Virus record (IMG/VR): IMGVR_UViG_3300033049_000020
Location: 64,001 to 128,000 of that record
Length of the DNA: 64,000 nt
Source: a virus
Direction: 5' to 3' (one strand)
Shown piece by piece: positions 42,948 through 50,692 of the stretch; position 1 is the first letter of the stretch, and every line of letters begins with the position of its first letter. The notes under the pieces are model-generated. The model made no database searches. It saw nothing but the letters and a program-made list of their open reading frames with translations, and was not told where the DNA came from. The translations under genes and the position numbers were made by a program.

Positions 42948-43433
42948 AGTAGCGGAATGTCAACTTGCGTTGAACGACCTGAATGCCGTTTACAAATTGA
43001 TGAATAAAGAGATGATTGCCGAATTCGGCAAGTAATCAAAAACATTAAGGATAACAACCTTGTGGGTTACAAAATATTATCTGCTTTAAGCAAACAGTAA
43101 ACACGCTGCCCATGGAACCGTTGATAACCTATATTATAGGAAGGAGGGGCAAGGATAATGAAAGGAATAATACGTCCTTTTTAATTTACAGTCTAACCAA
43201 GACGTTGTTTGTATTAGAGGTGTAGACAGAAGTAACTGTTTTGTTACGACCACTCAACCTTTGGTGGGTTGACAGATATAATATTGAGAGTGATAGACAG
43301 CTCCTGAGTGGATACAGGGCGATTAGGACTAAGGAGAGTCATTAATGACTAGCCTCCTACGGGAACACAACTCCGTCTAGCTCTTTTATTGTTCTCATCC
43401 AATTTGCAGAGAGCACAACATATTTATATACAC

Positions 43434-43913
43434 ATGAGAGCAATAGAGACACAAGCACCAGACCCAATAGAGAATAAAGATGGATTCTTAACAGTTTTCT
43501 TAGCTGGTTCCATTGAGATGGGAATAGCTGAAGACTGGCAGAAAGAATTAATCGGACTATTATCAGATAAACCAATTGAATTCTTGAATCCAAGACGAGA
43601 CGATTGGGATTCATCTTGGATTCAAGAATTCGGTGATAATGAATTTACCGAACAAGTAGAATGGGAACTATCATCATTAGATGCGGCAGACTTAATCATC
43701 TGCTATTTCGACAAAGAAACCAAATCACCGATTACCATGATGGAACTTGGCTTACATGCTAAGTCTCAGAAGCTAATTGTTTGCTGTCCAGAAGGATTCT
43801 GGCGTAAAGGAAACGTTGATGTTATTTGTAATAAATACGGTATAACACAAGTAACAGAATTAGAAAAATTAGCCAATATATTAAGATTACGAAGTCTTAT
43901 AAGTACAATTTAA
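43434..43913 (+). CDS. Nucleoside 2-deoxyribosyltransferase-like protein
   Basis: VFLAGSI..DWQ, NPRRDDW, QVEWE, SPITMMELGL. Confidence 0.85.
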   Translation: MRAIETQAPDPIENKDGFLTVFLAGSIEMGIAEDWQKELIGLLSDKPIEFLNPRRDDWDSSWIQEFGDNEFTEQVEWELSSLDAADLIICYFDKETKSPITMMELGLHAKSQKLIVCCPEGFWRKGNVDVICNKYGITQVTELEKLANILRLRSLISTI

Positions 43914-44382
43914 TTTGGTAATATCGGATATTTTTTGTATCTTTGTCTTGAATCAAAACAATTACTATGATTAAGAACTTATTACAGGCGAGAGCCAACG
44001 GTATTATCGATAGCATGGAAGCCTTGGAAGGTAGAGATGATGAGGAGGCTAACTATGAATTTGATGCATTGTATAAGATGGGTATATCTTTGAATATGAT
44101 GGCATTACACATATTTAAGGTAGAATTAGATTAATTTGTTGAAATTCTCAGAATAAATGTGTATCTTTGTATTATGAAGAAAAATAATTACAGAAGACGA
44201 ATGACCGTCTTAAACCAATTAGAAGCCCAATTGGAGTCTGGAACTAAAAATTCTGATGGGAAGGAAATCTCTCTTACTGACAAGGATAAGAAGAGAATAA
44301 CGAAGGAAGTTGAGGTGTTAACTACTCGACTAAAGAGTGCATAAATAGTTTTAGATACTATTTATCATAAAGAATAGGAACT

Positions 44383-44862
44383 ATGGAATTTGACGATAAT
44401 GAATTTGATTTCAATGGCTTTCACAATATGAAAGACCTTGGAGAACCCACCAGTGTTGAGAAATTTACCCAAGGTGGAGTAACTTACGAACTTAAAGTAT
44501 GGCAAACAGCTAACGGTGTTATTAAAACCATGGACATCATAGATGTCTCCAGCAACTTTGACGATATAGATTTTAAGGTTGTTAAGGAAGAGGTTTCGTT
44601 TAATAAGGACGATTTAAACTCAGTATTTGATAATGCAGGTGCAATACCAATGGGCTTTTTACGTTTATTAGGTGAAGCGGCACAATTGCATGACAGTCAT
44701 GCAGAACGATTCAGAGGTATGAAACCACCTGAACTCACAATAGAAGAACAAATTGAGGAACTAGAAGAAGACCTTTTAGTTGTAGTAGGCCAAGAAGATT
44801 ACGAAGCTGCTGGTGACATTAAAAAGGAAATTGAAACTCTTAAGTTAAAAACTAATGGTTAA
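44383..44862 (+). CDS. Protein with C-terminal UVR motif
   Basis: VGQEDYEAAGDIKKEI. Confidence 0.6.
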   Translation: MEFDDNEFDFNGFHNMKDLGEPTSVEKFTQGGVTYELKVWQTANGVIKTMDIIDVSSNFDDIDFKVVKEEVSFNKDDLNSVFDNAGAIPMGFLRLLGEAAQLHDSHAERFRGMKPPELTIEEQIEELEEDLLVVVGQEDYEAAGDIKKEIETLKLKTNG

Positions 44863-45642
44863 AAACTAATGGCTAAGAAACCAGTACCATGTATAAAGTG
44901 TGGCGAAACTAAAATAGTAATCGGAGATGCAAACGAAAGCGCCTTCAACTATTTTACGGGTAAATGTACCAATTGTGGTAATGAAGTATTTGGTGATTGT
45001 GGCATATTCCCTGAGATGGATATGATGGTTGGAACGTGGAATGCGTCTAACGACCCAAAGAAGATACTTAAGTCTTATAAGAGTACTATTAAAGATTACG
45101 AGAAGAAGATTGACGAAGTAAAACAAAAGATAGTTGAACTTGAATTCTGGCATACCAAATGATAGATATTAAAGACCTAAGAGTAGGAAATCATATTCAA
45201 CTTCATGAGGTAGATGCTGGTGAAGATAGAAAGGCAACCTTTGATTGGTTGAAGTCAAATCAATTGAAAAGGATATGATAAATGGATAAATTAGAGATAG
45301 GAACAAGAATAATATTCGTAAAGCTTTTAGATAGCCCAGCCACTGGCGACCACCCAGAATTAGTTTATGCTTATAAAGGAGACGAAGGAGAGGTAACTGG
45401 ATACAATAACTTTGAAGGGTATTGGGTTAAAAGAGATAAATGGCCAGCCCCTTTCGGTGCAGAGATAGAAACCGAATTCATCGAGTTAAAATTATAAGAC
45501 TGAAAATCAGTCACTTAAGAGAAATTTTAAAAATAATTGTACGAACACTTGTTTTATTCAAAACTATTTCGTATCTTTGTACTATAATTAAAATAAACAA
45601 AGAAACTTTGCACTTTTATTAAGTGCGCTATATTTAAAAGAA

Positions 45643-45732
45643 ATGAGAAACTTTACTACGACTTATAAAGGGAAACAGTATCCGCAAGGCACAAAGCCAA
45701 GCGCACTGAGATTGTCGTATCTTGTTTTCTAA
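45643..45732 (+). CDS. Leader peptide 3 (Thr/Tyr/Lys/Gly/Gln/Pro-rich): MRNFTTTYKGKQYPQGTKPSALRLSYLVF
   Basis: Short ORF between promoter and terminator, ahead of Pro/Gln/Tyr/Thr/Gly/Lys tRNAs. Confidence 0.8.
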   Translation: MRNFTTTYKGKQYPQGTKPSALRLSYLVF

Positions 45733-45765
45733 CTTTTTAGAATAGAAAAACACATAGATATTGCG

Positions 45766-45798
45766 AAAGCCTCAGTGAGAAATCACCGAGGCTTTTTT
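45766..45798 (+). terminator. Attenuator terminator 3
   Basis: AAAGCCTCAGTGA/TCACCGAGGCTTT plus T run; CTCAGTG can pair alternatively with CACTGAG at 45704. Confidence 0.85.
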
Positions 45799-45864
45799 GT
45801 TGTTTCATATTTTGACAACGTTAAAAATAAAATATGGTTCTTTGACATCGTGGTAATAAATAAA

Positions 45865-45937
45865 TTGAGAAGTAGCTTAAACTACAAAGCTCCATCCGTG
45901 AGGGGTGGGGATGGAGGTGTAAACCCTCCTTCTCAAC
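45865..45937 (+). tRNA. Degenerate tRNA-His(GTG)-like
   Basis: TTGAGAA/TTCTCAA-C, loop CCGTGAG, atypical D and T loops. Confidence 0.4.
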
Positions 45938-45943
45938 TAATAT

Positions 45944-46022
45944 CTAGGTACTTGAGCAGTTGGTTGAACTCGCTTGCTTTGGGAGCAAGAGTATTGCGCT
46001 GGTTCGAATCCAGCTACCTAGA
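45944..46022 (+). tRNA. tRNA-Pro(TGG)
   Basis: CTAGGTA/TACCTAG, loop TTTGGGA. Confidence 0.8.
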
Positions 46023-46033
46023 CTTTTTAATCT

Positions 46034-46127
46034 CTAGTAATGTGCGAGTGGATTAAGCAACTGGCCTTGGAAACCAGTGAGGACTTCAAGAGGTTGTCTT
46101 CCGTAGGTTCGAATCCTACTTACTAGA
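46034..46127 (+). tRNA. tRNA-Pro(TGG), long variable arm
   Basis: CTAGTAA/TTACTAG, loop CTTGGAA. Confidence 0.75.
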
Positions 46128-46248
46128 AATGACTAAGTTAACTACTTCCACGTAGTAGTCATTGGAAACAGGTAATGCTGGCTAAAAGTTAACAAAAAAT
46201 TCTGGTCACTTTCTCTGACTTGAACATATTTATATAGAAATAGATATT

Positions 46249-46596
46249 ATGGGACAATCAGAGAAACAACAATTATGGAAGAAGCAACACTACCAAGAGA
46301 ACAAAGAATTTTATATTAATAAGCAACAAAAGAGGAGGAAAGAAATTAAAGAATTCATTGATTCCTTTAAAACGGAATGTGATGCATGTTATGAATATGA
46401 TAAAGCGTGTTTGGACTTTCATCACCTAGATGGAGCTGATAAAGATGCGGCAGTATCTCAAGCATTGGTAAATAAATGGGGCAATAAAAGGATTATAACA
46501 GAGATAGAAAAATGTGTTGTATTATGTTCTAACTGTCATCGTAAGTTACACGCTTATAATTTAACAGTCGAAGAACTTAAAATTAGAATAGCATAA
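46249..46596 (+). mobile_element. HNH homing endonuclease
   Basis: CDAC..LDFHH..KCVVLCSNCHRKLH; paralog of 27324. Confidence 0.85.
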
Positions 46597-46648
46597 TAAT
46601 ATACGGCAATTAGTTGTCGTATTTGCCGCAGAAAATGCGGCAAATAAT

Positions 46649-46723
46649 CGGGGGGTTCCGCAGATGGATATACGGACCTGCTTTGGAAGCAGGTGTTCGT
46701 GGGTTCGAATCCCACTCTCCCGA
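46649..46723 (+). tRNA. tRNA-Pro(TGG)
   Basis: CGGGGGG/TCTCCCG, loop TTTGGAA. Confidence 0.85.
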
Positions 46724-46726
46724 CTA

Positions 46727-46784
46727 AAGGATGATTACAGCAAACAAAAACAATTTGACTCTTAATCAAAAAAAATTCATCCTG
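46727..46784 (+). ncRNA. CAGCAA-stem element displaying a Lys(CTT) anticodon arm
   Basis: AGGATGA-TTACAGCAA...TTGACTCTTAATCAA...TCATCCTG. Confidence 0.6.
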
Positions 46785-46790
46785 TTATAT

Positions 46791-46876
46791 TGAGCGATAT
46801 GCAAACTGGCAAGCAAACAGGTTTTGAACCTGTCGTGACGAAAGTCCAATTGTAGGTTCGAACCCTACTCGCTCAA
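46791..46876 (+). tRNA. tRNA-Gln(TTG), long variable arm
   Basis: TGAGCGA/TCGCTCA, loop TTTTGAA. Confidence 0.8.
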
Positions 46877-47185
46877 CCGTTTACTTTTCTGTACTTTTTA
46901 AGTACATTATACAATAACAAAAAATGATACTATGGAGAATATAGAGAAATTAATAACTGAATATGAAACCAAATATGAAGAAGGTTTCACCGATGATGAA
47001 ATCAAAAACATATTAGAGAATTATCCCAACATTAACATGGATAAGTTTAATGGTGCAATGATGGGAAATACGTGTGCAATGAGAGATGGGTTACTAGTAA
47101 TGTATCCTTGTGATGTAAGAGCAGCATTGTATTGTGGAATGGAGAATCGAGATTTAAATATACAGGAATGGGATTAAACGTATAT

Positions 47186-47256
47186 TGCCTTGTCGTCTAG
47201 CGGCAGGACCCTCCCCTTTGAAGGGAGTGACGGTGGTTCGAATCCATCCGAGGCAA
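47186..47256 (+). tRNA. tRNA-Gln(TTG)
   Basis: TGCCTTG/CGAGGCA, loop CTTTGAA. Confidence 0.9.
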
Positions 47257-47283
47257 CCCTTAACTTTTTGGTCGCTTTACTCC

Positions 47284-47354
47284 AATTATAAAAATTGTAC
47301 ATGACCTAATTATAAAAATCGTACATGACCTAATTATAGATATTGTACGTCACT
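47284..47354 (+). repeat. 24-bp tandem repeat x3
   Basis: AATTATAAAAAT(T/C)GTACATGACCT twice plus a degenerate third copy. Confidence 0.85.
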
Positions 47355-47374
47355 TTAGAGATGAATAAAAATAT

Positions 47375-47460
47375 CGGTTAGATGGTAAATTGGCTAAATC
47401 AGCAGACTGTAAATCTGTCGTCTTTCGACTATGTAGGTTCGATTCCTACCTGACCGACCA
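47375..47460 (+). tRNA. tRNA-Tyr(GTA), C1:G72, encoded CCA
   Basis: CGGTTAG/CTGACCG-A-CCA, loop CTGTAAA. Confidence 0.85.
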
Positions 47461-47503
47461 AGCTAAGTTCACACTATAATCGCAAAGAAGAGGAAGTGTA
47501 ATT

Positions 47504-47575
47504 GGGAATATGCTCAGGGTAAGTCAGACGGATTGTAACCCCGAACTGCATGGAGTTCGAGTCTCCTCATTCCCA
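47504..47575 (+). tRNA. Atypical tRNA-Tyr(GTA)-like
   Basis: GGGAAT/ATTCCC, T arm, loop TTGTAAC, weak D arm. Confidence 0.5.
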
Positions 47576-47688
47576 CAGCTTAGTTGGTACTATACTCGGT
47601 TGACGAGGAAGTACATTGGTTGAAGTTATAATAAACCACCCTTCTTGAAAGGGAACCCATAAAGATGGGTTATAAATAAAACTTAGAT

Positions 47689-47771
47689 GCTTGATTAGTA
47701 TAACGGAGGGGAAACCCGTATTACCTTGGCTTTGTAACCCAAAAATATCAGTTCGATTCTGATATCAAGCT
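47689..47771 (+). tRNA. tRNA-Thr(TGT) with hairpin in D loop (Tyr register possible)
   Basis: GCTTGAT/ATCAAGC, loop TTTGTAA, insert GGGAAACCC. Confidence 0.6.
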
Positions 47772-47855
47772 CTACATAGTGATTATTTGTGGTTGATGTA
47801 TAACAATTAATCATTATCACTATACTTTTTGATGATAATGCTTATATTTATTATT

Positions 47856-48356
47856 ATGGAAGCTAAAATATGTAAAAATTGTGGTGAGGAAATCAAAGGT
47901 AGAGGCATTAAGTTCTGCTCTCAAACCTGTAATGGTATCTACAACAATAAAGATAGGATTAAGAAGGTAGAACGAGAATGTAATAATTGTGGTGTAGTAA
48001 CAACTAATAAATTTTATTGTACGCCAGAGTGTAATCAAAAACATAAAACTCAATTAAGGTTTGACCAGATTGAGAATGGTGACATTACATTAGATTTTAG
48101 GCAGTATAAAAAATACCTAATTAATAAACATGGTGCTAAATGCATGAGATGTGGTTGGTGTGAGGTTAATCCGACATCTGGTAATGTGCCTATAGAGTTG
48201 GAACATAAAGATGGTGACTCAAGTAATAATTCATTAGGTAATCTTGAATTACTTTGTCCTAACCACCATTCACTAACACCAACGTATAAAGCGTTGAATA
48301 AAGGTAACGGTAGACATAAAAGGATGGAACGTTACAAAGAAGGTAAAAGTTATTAA
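47856..48356 (+). mobile_element. HNH homing endonuclease
   Basis: CMRCG..LEHKDG..NNSLGNLELLCPNHH. Confidence 0.9.
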
Positions 48357-48576
48357 ATTAATAGTTATGGAAGAGACAATAATCGATGGTAGAGAAGCCA
48401 TCATAACAAGAGGAGAGGGGTTAGTGGTCATAGCATCCAAAGGTAAAGGTGGTGCTGTAATATCTGATGAGAATGAAGATGTTGCTAAGGAGAAGTTTTC
48501 TGAAGCGATGAATTTGGCTGAGTCAGTTTACAAACTAATCTTTTTTGAAAAACATGGGAAATTCCCATAAACATAA

Positions 48577-48650
48577 GCGAGTAACGCATAAGTGGTGGTG
48601 CGCCAGCCTTCCAAGCTGGAATAGAGTCGGTTCGATACCGTCTACTCGCT
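48577..48650 (+). tRNA. tRNA-Gly(TCC)
   Basis: GCGAGTA/TACTCGC-T, loop CTTCCAA. Confidence 0.85.
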
Positions 48651-48690
48651 CACGGACATATCGGACTGTCCAATAAAATGTCCGATAAAT

Positions 48691-48761
48691 GCAGTATAGG
48701 TGTTACGGTAGCACATCTGGCTTCCACCCAGAAGGCGAGATTTCGACTATCTCATACTGCA
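48691..48761 (+). tRNA. tRNA-Gly(TCC)
   Basis: GCAGTAT/ATACTGC, loop CTTCCAC. Confidence 0.8.
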
Positions 48762-48906
48762 CAAAAGTAAGTATAGTAGCAATAACACAAAGCGCTTGTG
48801 TTATGTACCTTGCAGTGGGTGACCACAAGGAGAAGTACGTTTCGAGTAATTAACGGGATGGAATTGGGCTAATCAGGCGAATAAACTTCTCTTACTTTTA
48901 ATAATT

Positions 48907-48981
48907 CCATCGGTAGCAAATGTGGATAAGCAACTGGTTTTTACCCAGAATGGAAGACGGGTTCGACTCCCTCTTGGGGCA
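48907..48981 (+). pseudogene. Chimeric tRNA-Lys(TTT) with non-pairing acceptor
   Basis: 5' end identical to 49021 copy, but 3' strand TTGGGGC does not pair with CCATCGG. Confidence 0.55.
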
Positions 48982-49020
48982 CTGGATTAGTTAGCACTAT
49001 ACTCGAAAGGAAGTGCAAAA

Positions 49021-49094
49021 CCATCGGTAGCAAATGTGGATAAGCGTTCGGTTTTTACCCGAAGTAGGAGTGGGTTCGACACCCACCCGATGGA
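49021..49094 (+). tRNA. tRNA-Lys(TTT)
   Basis: CCATCGG/CCGATGG, loop TTTTTAC. Confidence 0.8.
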
Positions 49095-49099
49095 CAAAT

Positions 49100-49171
49100 G
49101 GCTCTATAGTATAAGCGGCAATACACTAGTCTTGTAAACTTGAGTTCTGGCATCGATTGCCAGTAGAGCCT
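49100..49171 (+). tRNA. tRNA-Thr(TGT)
   Basis: GGCTCTA/TAGAGCC, loop CTTGTAA. Confidence 0.75.
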
Positions 49172-49177
49172 CAATAT

Positions 49178-49247
49178 GCGATTATAGTTTAATTCAGAAT
49201 ACCAACCATCTAGGTTGGAGATGTTGGTGGAAACCCAGCTAATCGCT
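49178..49247 (+). pseudogene. Degenerate Gly-like tRNA
   Basis: GCGATTA/TAATCGC-T acceptor; loop CATCTAG lacks U33; T loop atypical. Confidence 0.45.
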
Positions 49248-49252
49248 CATAT

Positions 49253-49340
49253 GACTCCATAGTTCAATTGGTTATCCCGAAAGGGTGTAGAATAGTTGCC
49301 TTTTAAGCTTCGGATTTGGGTTCGAGTCCCAATGGAGTCA
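49253..49340 (+). tRNA. tRNA-Lys(TTT) with hairpin in D loop
   Basis: GACTCCA/TGGAGTC, loop CTTTTAA, insert ATCCCGAAAGGGT. Confidence 0.7.
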
Positions 49341-49453
49341 CACAAGTTTGTACGTTTGTGCTGTAAAACGTACTTATCATGATGAATTCATGTGCAACTG
49401 GGTAACAGGTTAACCACTCTCCTGTCCTAATGTTAAAGACTAAAAGTGGATAT

Positions 49454-49528
49454 GCGAATGTAGCTCAGTTGGTTTAGAGCGTCTGGTTGCCAATCAGAAG
49501 GTCGTGAGTTCGAATCTCATCTTTCGCT
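49454..49528 (+). tRNA. tRNA-Gly(GCC)
   Basis: Canonical D/T arms, loop TTGCCAA. Confidence 0.9.
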
Positions 49529-49567
49529 CTCTTGACTTTTTGGTACTTCCCACCTCCCCAACAATAA

Positions 49568-49641
49568 CCATCGATAGCAAATGCGGATATGCACTTGACT
49601 CTTAATCAAGACGGGAAAGGGTTCGACTCCCTTACGGTGGA
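49568..49641 (+). tRNA. tRNA-Lys(CTT)
   Basis: CCATCG/CGGTGG, loop CTCTTAA. Confidence 0.8.
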
Positions 49642-49664
49642 CTAACATTAAAATCAACATTATT

Positions 49665-50339
49665 ATGGAAGATGAATCGTATTACGTCTCTGACGTAACA
49701 GGTAATAAGTACCCCAAAGATGAGTATCATAATCATGGTTGGGGTGGGATTAAGTACAATTTTAAGGATTTACCTCATGATGAATATCCTTATTCAGTAG
49801 TAGAACCAAACATCAAAAGCGATGAGGAGTTACTGGTTGAATATATGCGAGAGGTCTTTAGTATCCTTAAGGAACGAGAAGTGCCGAGTAAGTATGATAA
49901 AGAGTATGATGCTAGACTATACAAAGCTCTGGCTAATTGGAACATTCACGTAATACCTCACGCCTTTAAGGAGCGTGGATTGAGAGAAGAGGATGTTGCG
50001 ATAATATTACCGTCAGCACGATTAAGAGAGCTGGCAGAATACGTTGAATTCACAAATTTAATTGATTTTACCACGGGAAAGAAGGTATTGGGCGAAATGC
50101 TTGATAGTAATGAAGACGCTTGGACGGTAATGGAAAGAATGGATTTATTATACAAGGCCGAAGGTTCGGCAGTAGAAGATGCTGTTGACGCAGTATTAGC
50201 TAAATATCCAGATAAAATTATTGCCTACAAAGGTGGAAAGAAAGGTTTATTTGGAATGTTTGTTGGTGAGATAATGCGAAGCATTAAGGGTGTTAATGGG
50301 AAAGAAGTAAGTGATATATTAACCGAAAAATTAAAATAA
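49665..50339 (+). CDS. GatB C-terminal/YqeY domain protein
   Basis: VDAVLAKYPDKIIAYKGGKKGLFGMFVGEIMR..KG. Confidence 0.75.
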   Translation: MEDESYYVSDVTGNKYPKDEYHNHGWGGIKYNFKDLPHDEYPYSVVEPNIKSDEELLVEYMREVFSILKEREVPSKYDKEYDARLYKALANWNIHVIPHAFKERGLREEDVAIILPSARLRELAEYVEFTNLIDFTTGKKVLGEMLDSNEDAWTVMERMDLLYKAEGSAVEDAVDAVLAKYPDKIIAYKGGKKGLFGMFVGEIMRSIKGVNGKEVSDILTEKLK

Positions 50340-50620
50340 TGATGGAACGAATAGATTTTCCAACATCTGGAATGCACATCAACGACTATTTAACGTCAGT
50401 TGAACGTGAAGTATCTGAATACTACTCAGATTCTATTCGTAGAATTTGGGTAAGCTATGCTAGAATCAGCAAAGGACGTGGAGAGTATAGGCTACAAGTG
50501 ACTGTATTTCCAAATGGAGTTGACTCCCCATATAGGATTATCACTGGAGAGGTTGATACTCAATTGACTCTAGAGGGAGTCTGCGAAATGATTGATGGAG
50601 CACTTAAGGCCATCAATAAT

Positions 50621-50692
50621 GCCTCCATGGTATAAAGGTTATTACGTGCCCTTGGTAAGGGTAAAATTCCGATTCAATTTCGGGTGGAGGCT
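50621..50692 (+). tRNA. tRNA-Thr(GGT)
   Basis: GCCTCCA/TGGAGGC, loop TTGGTAA. Confidence 0.85.

Noticed and set aside
42766-43035. Spanin-like overlapping gene pair with 42060-42947
   Set aside because: No lipobox or transmembrane segment; more likely read-through extension of the upstream ORF over a coiled-coil gene.
47284-47354. Possible CRISPR array
   Set aside because: 24-bp units abut directly with no spacers; simple tandem repeat, and no cas genes seen.
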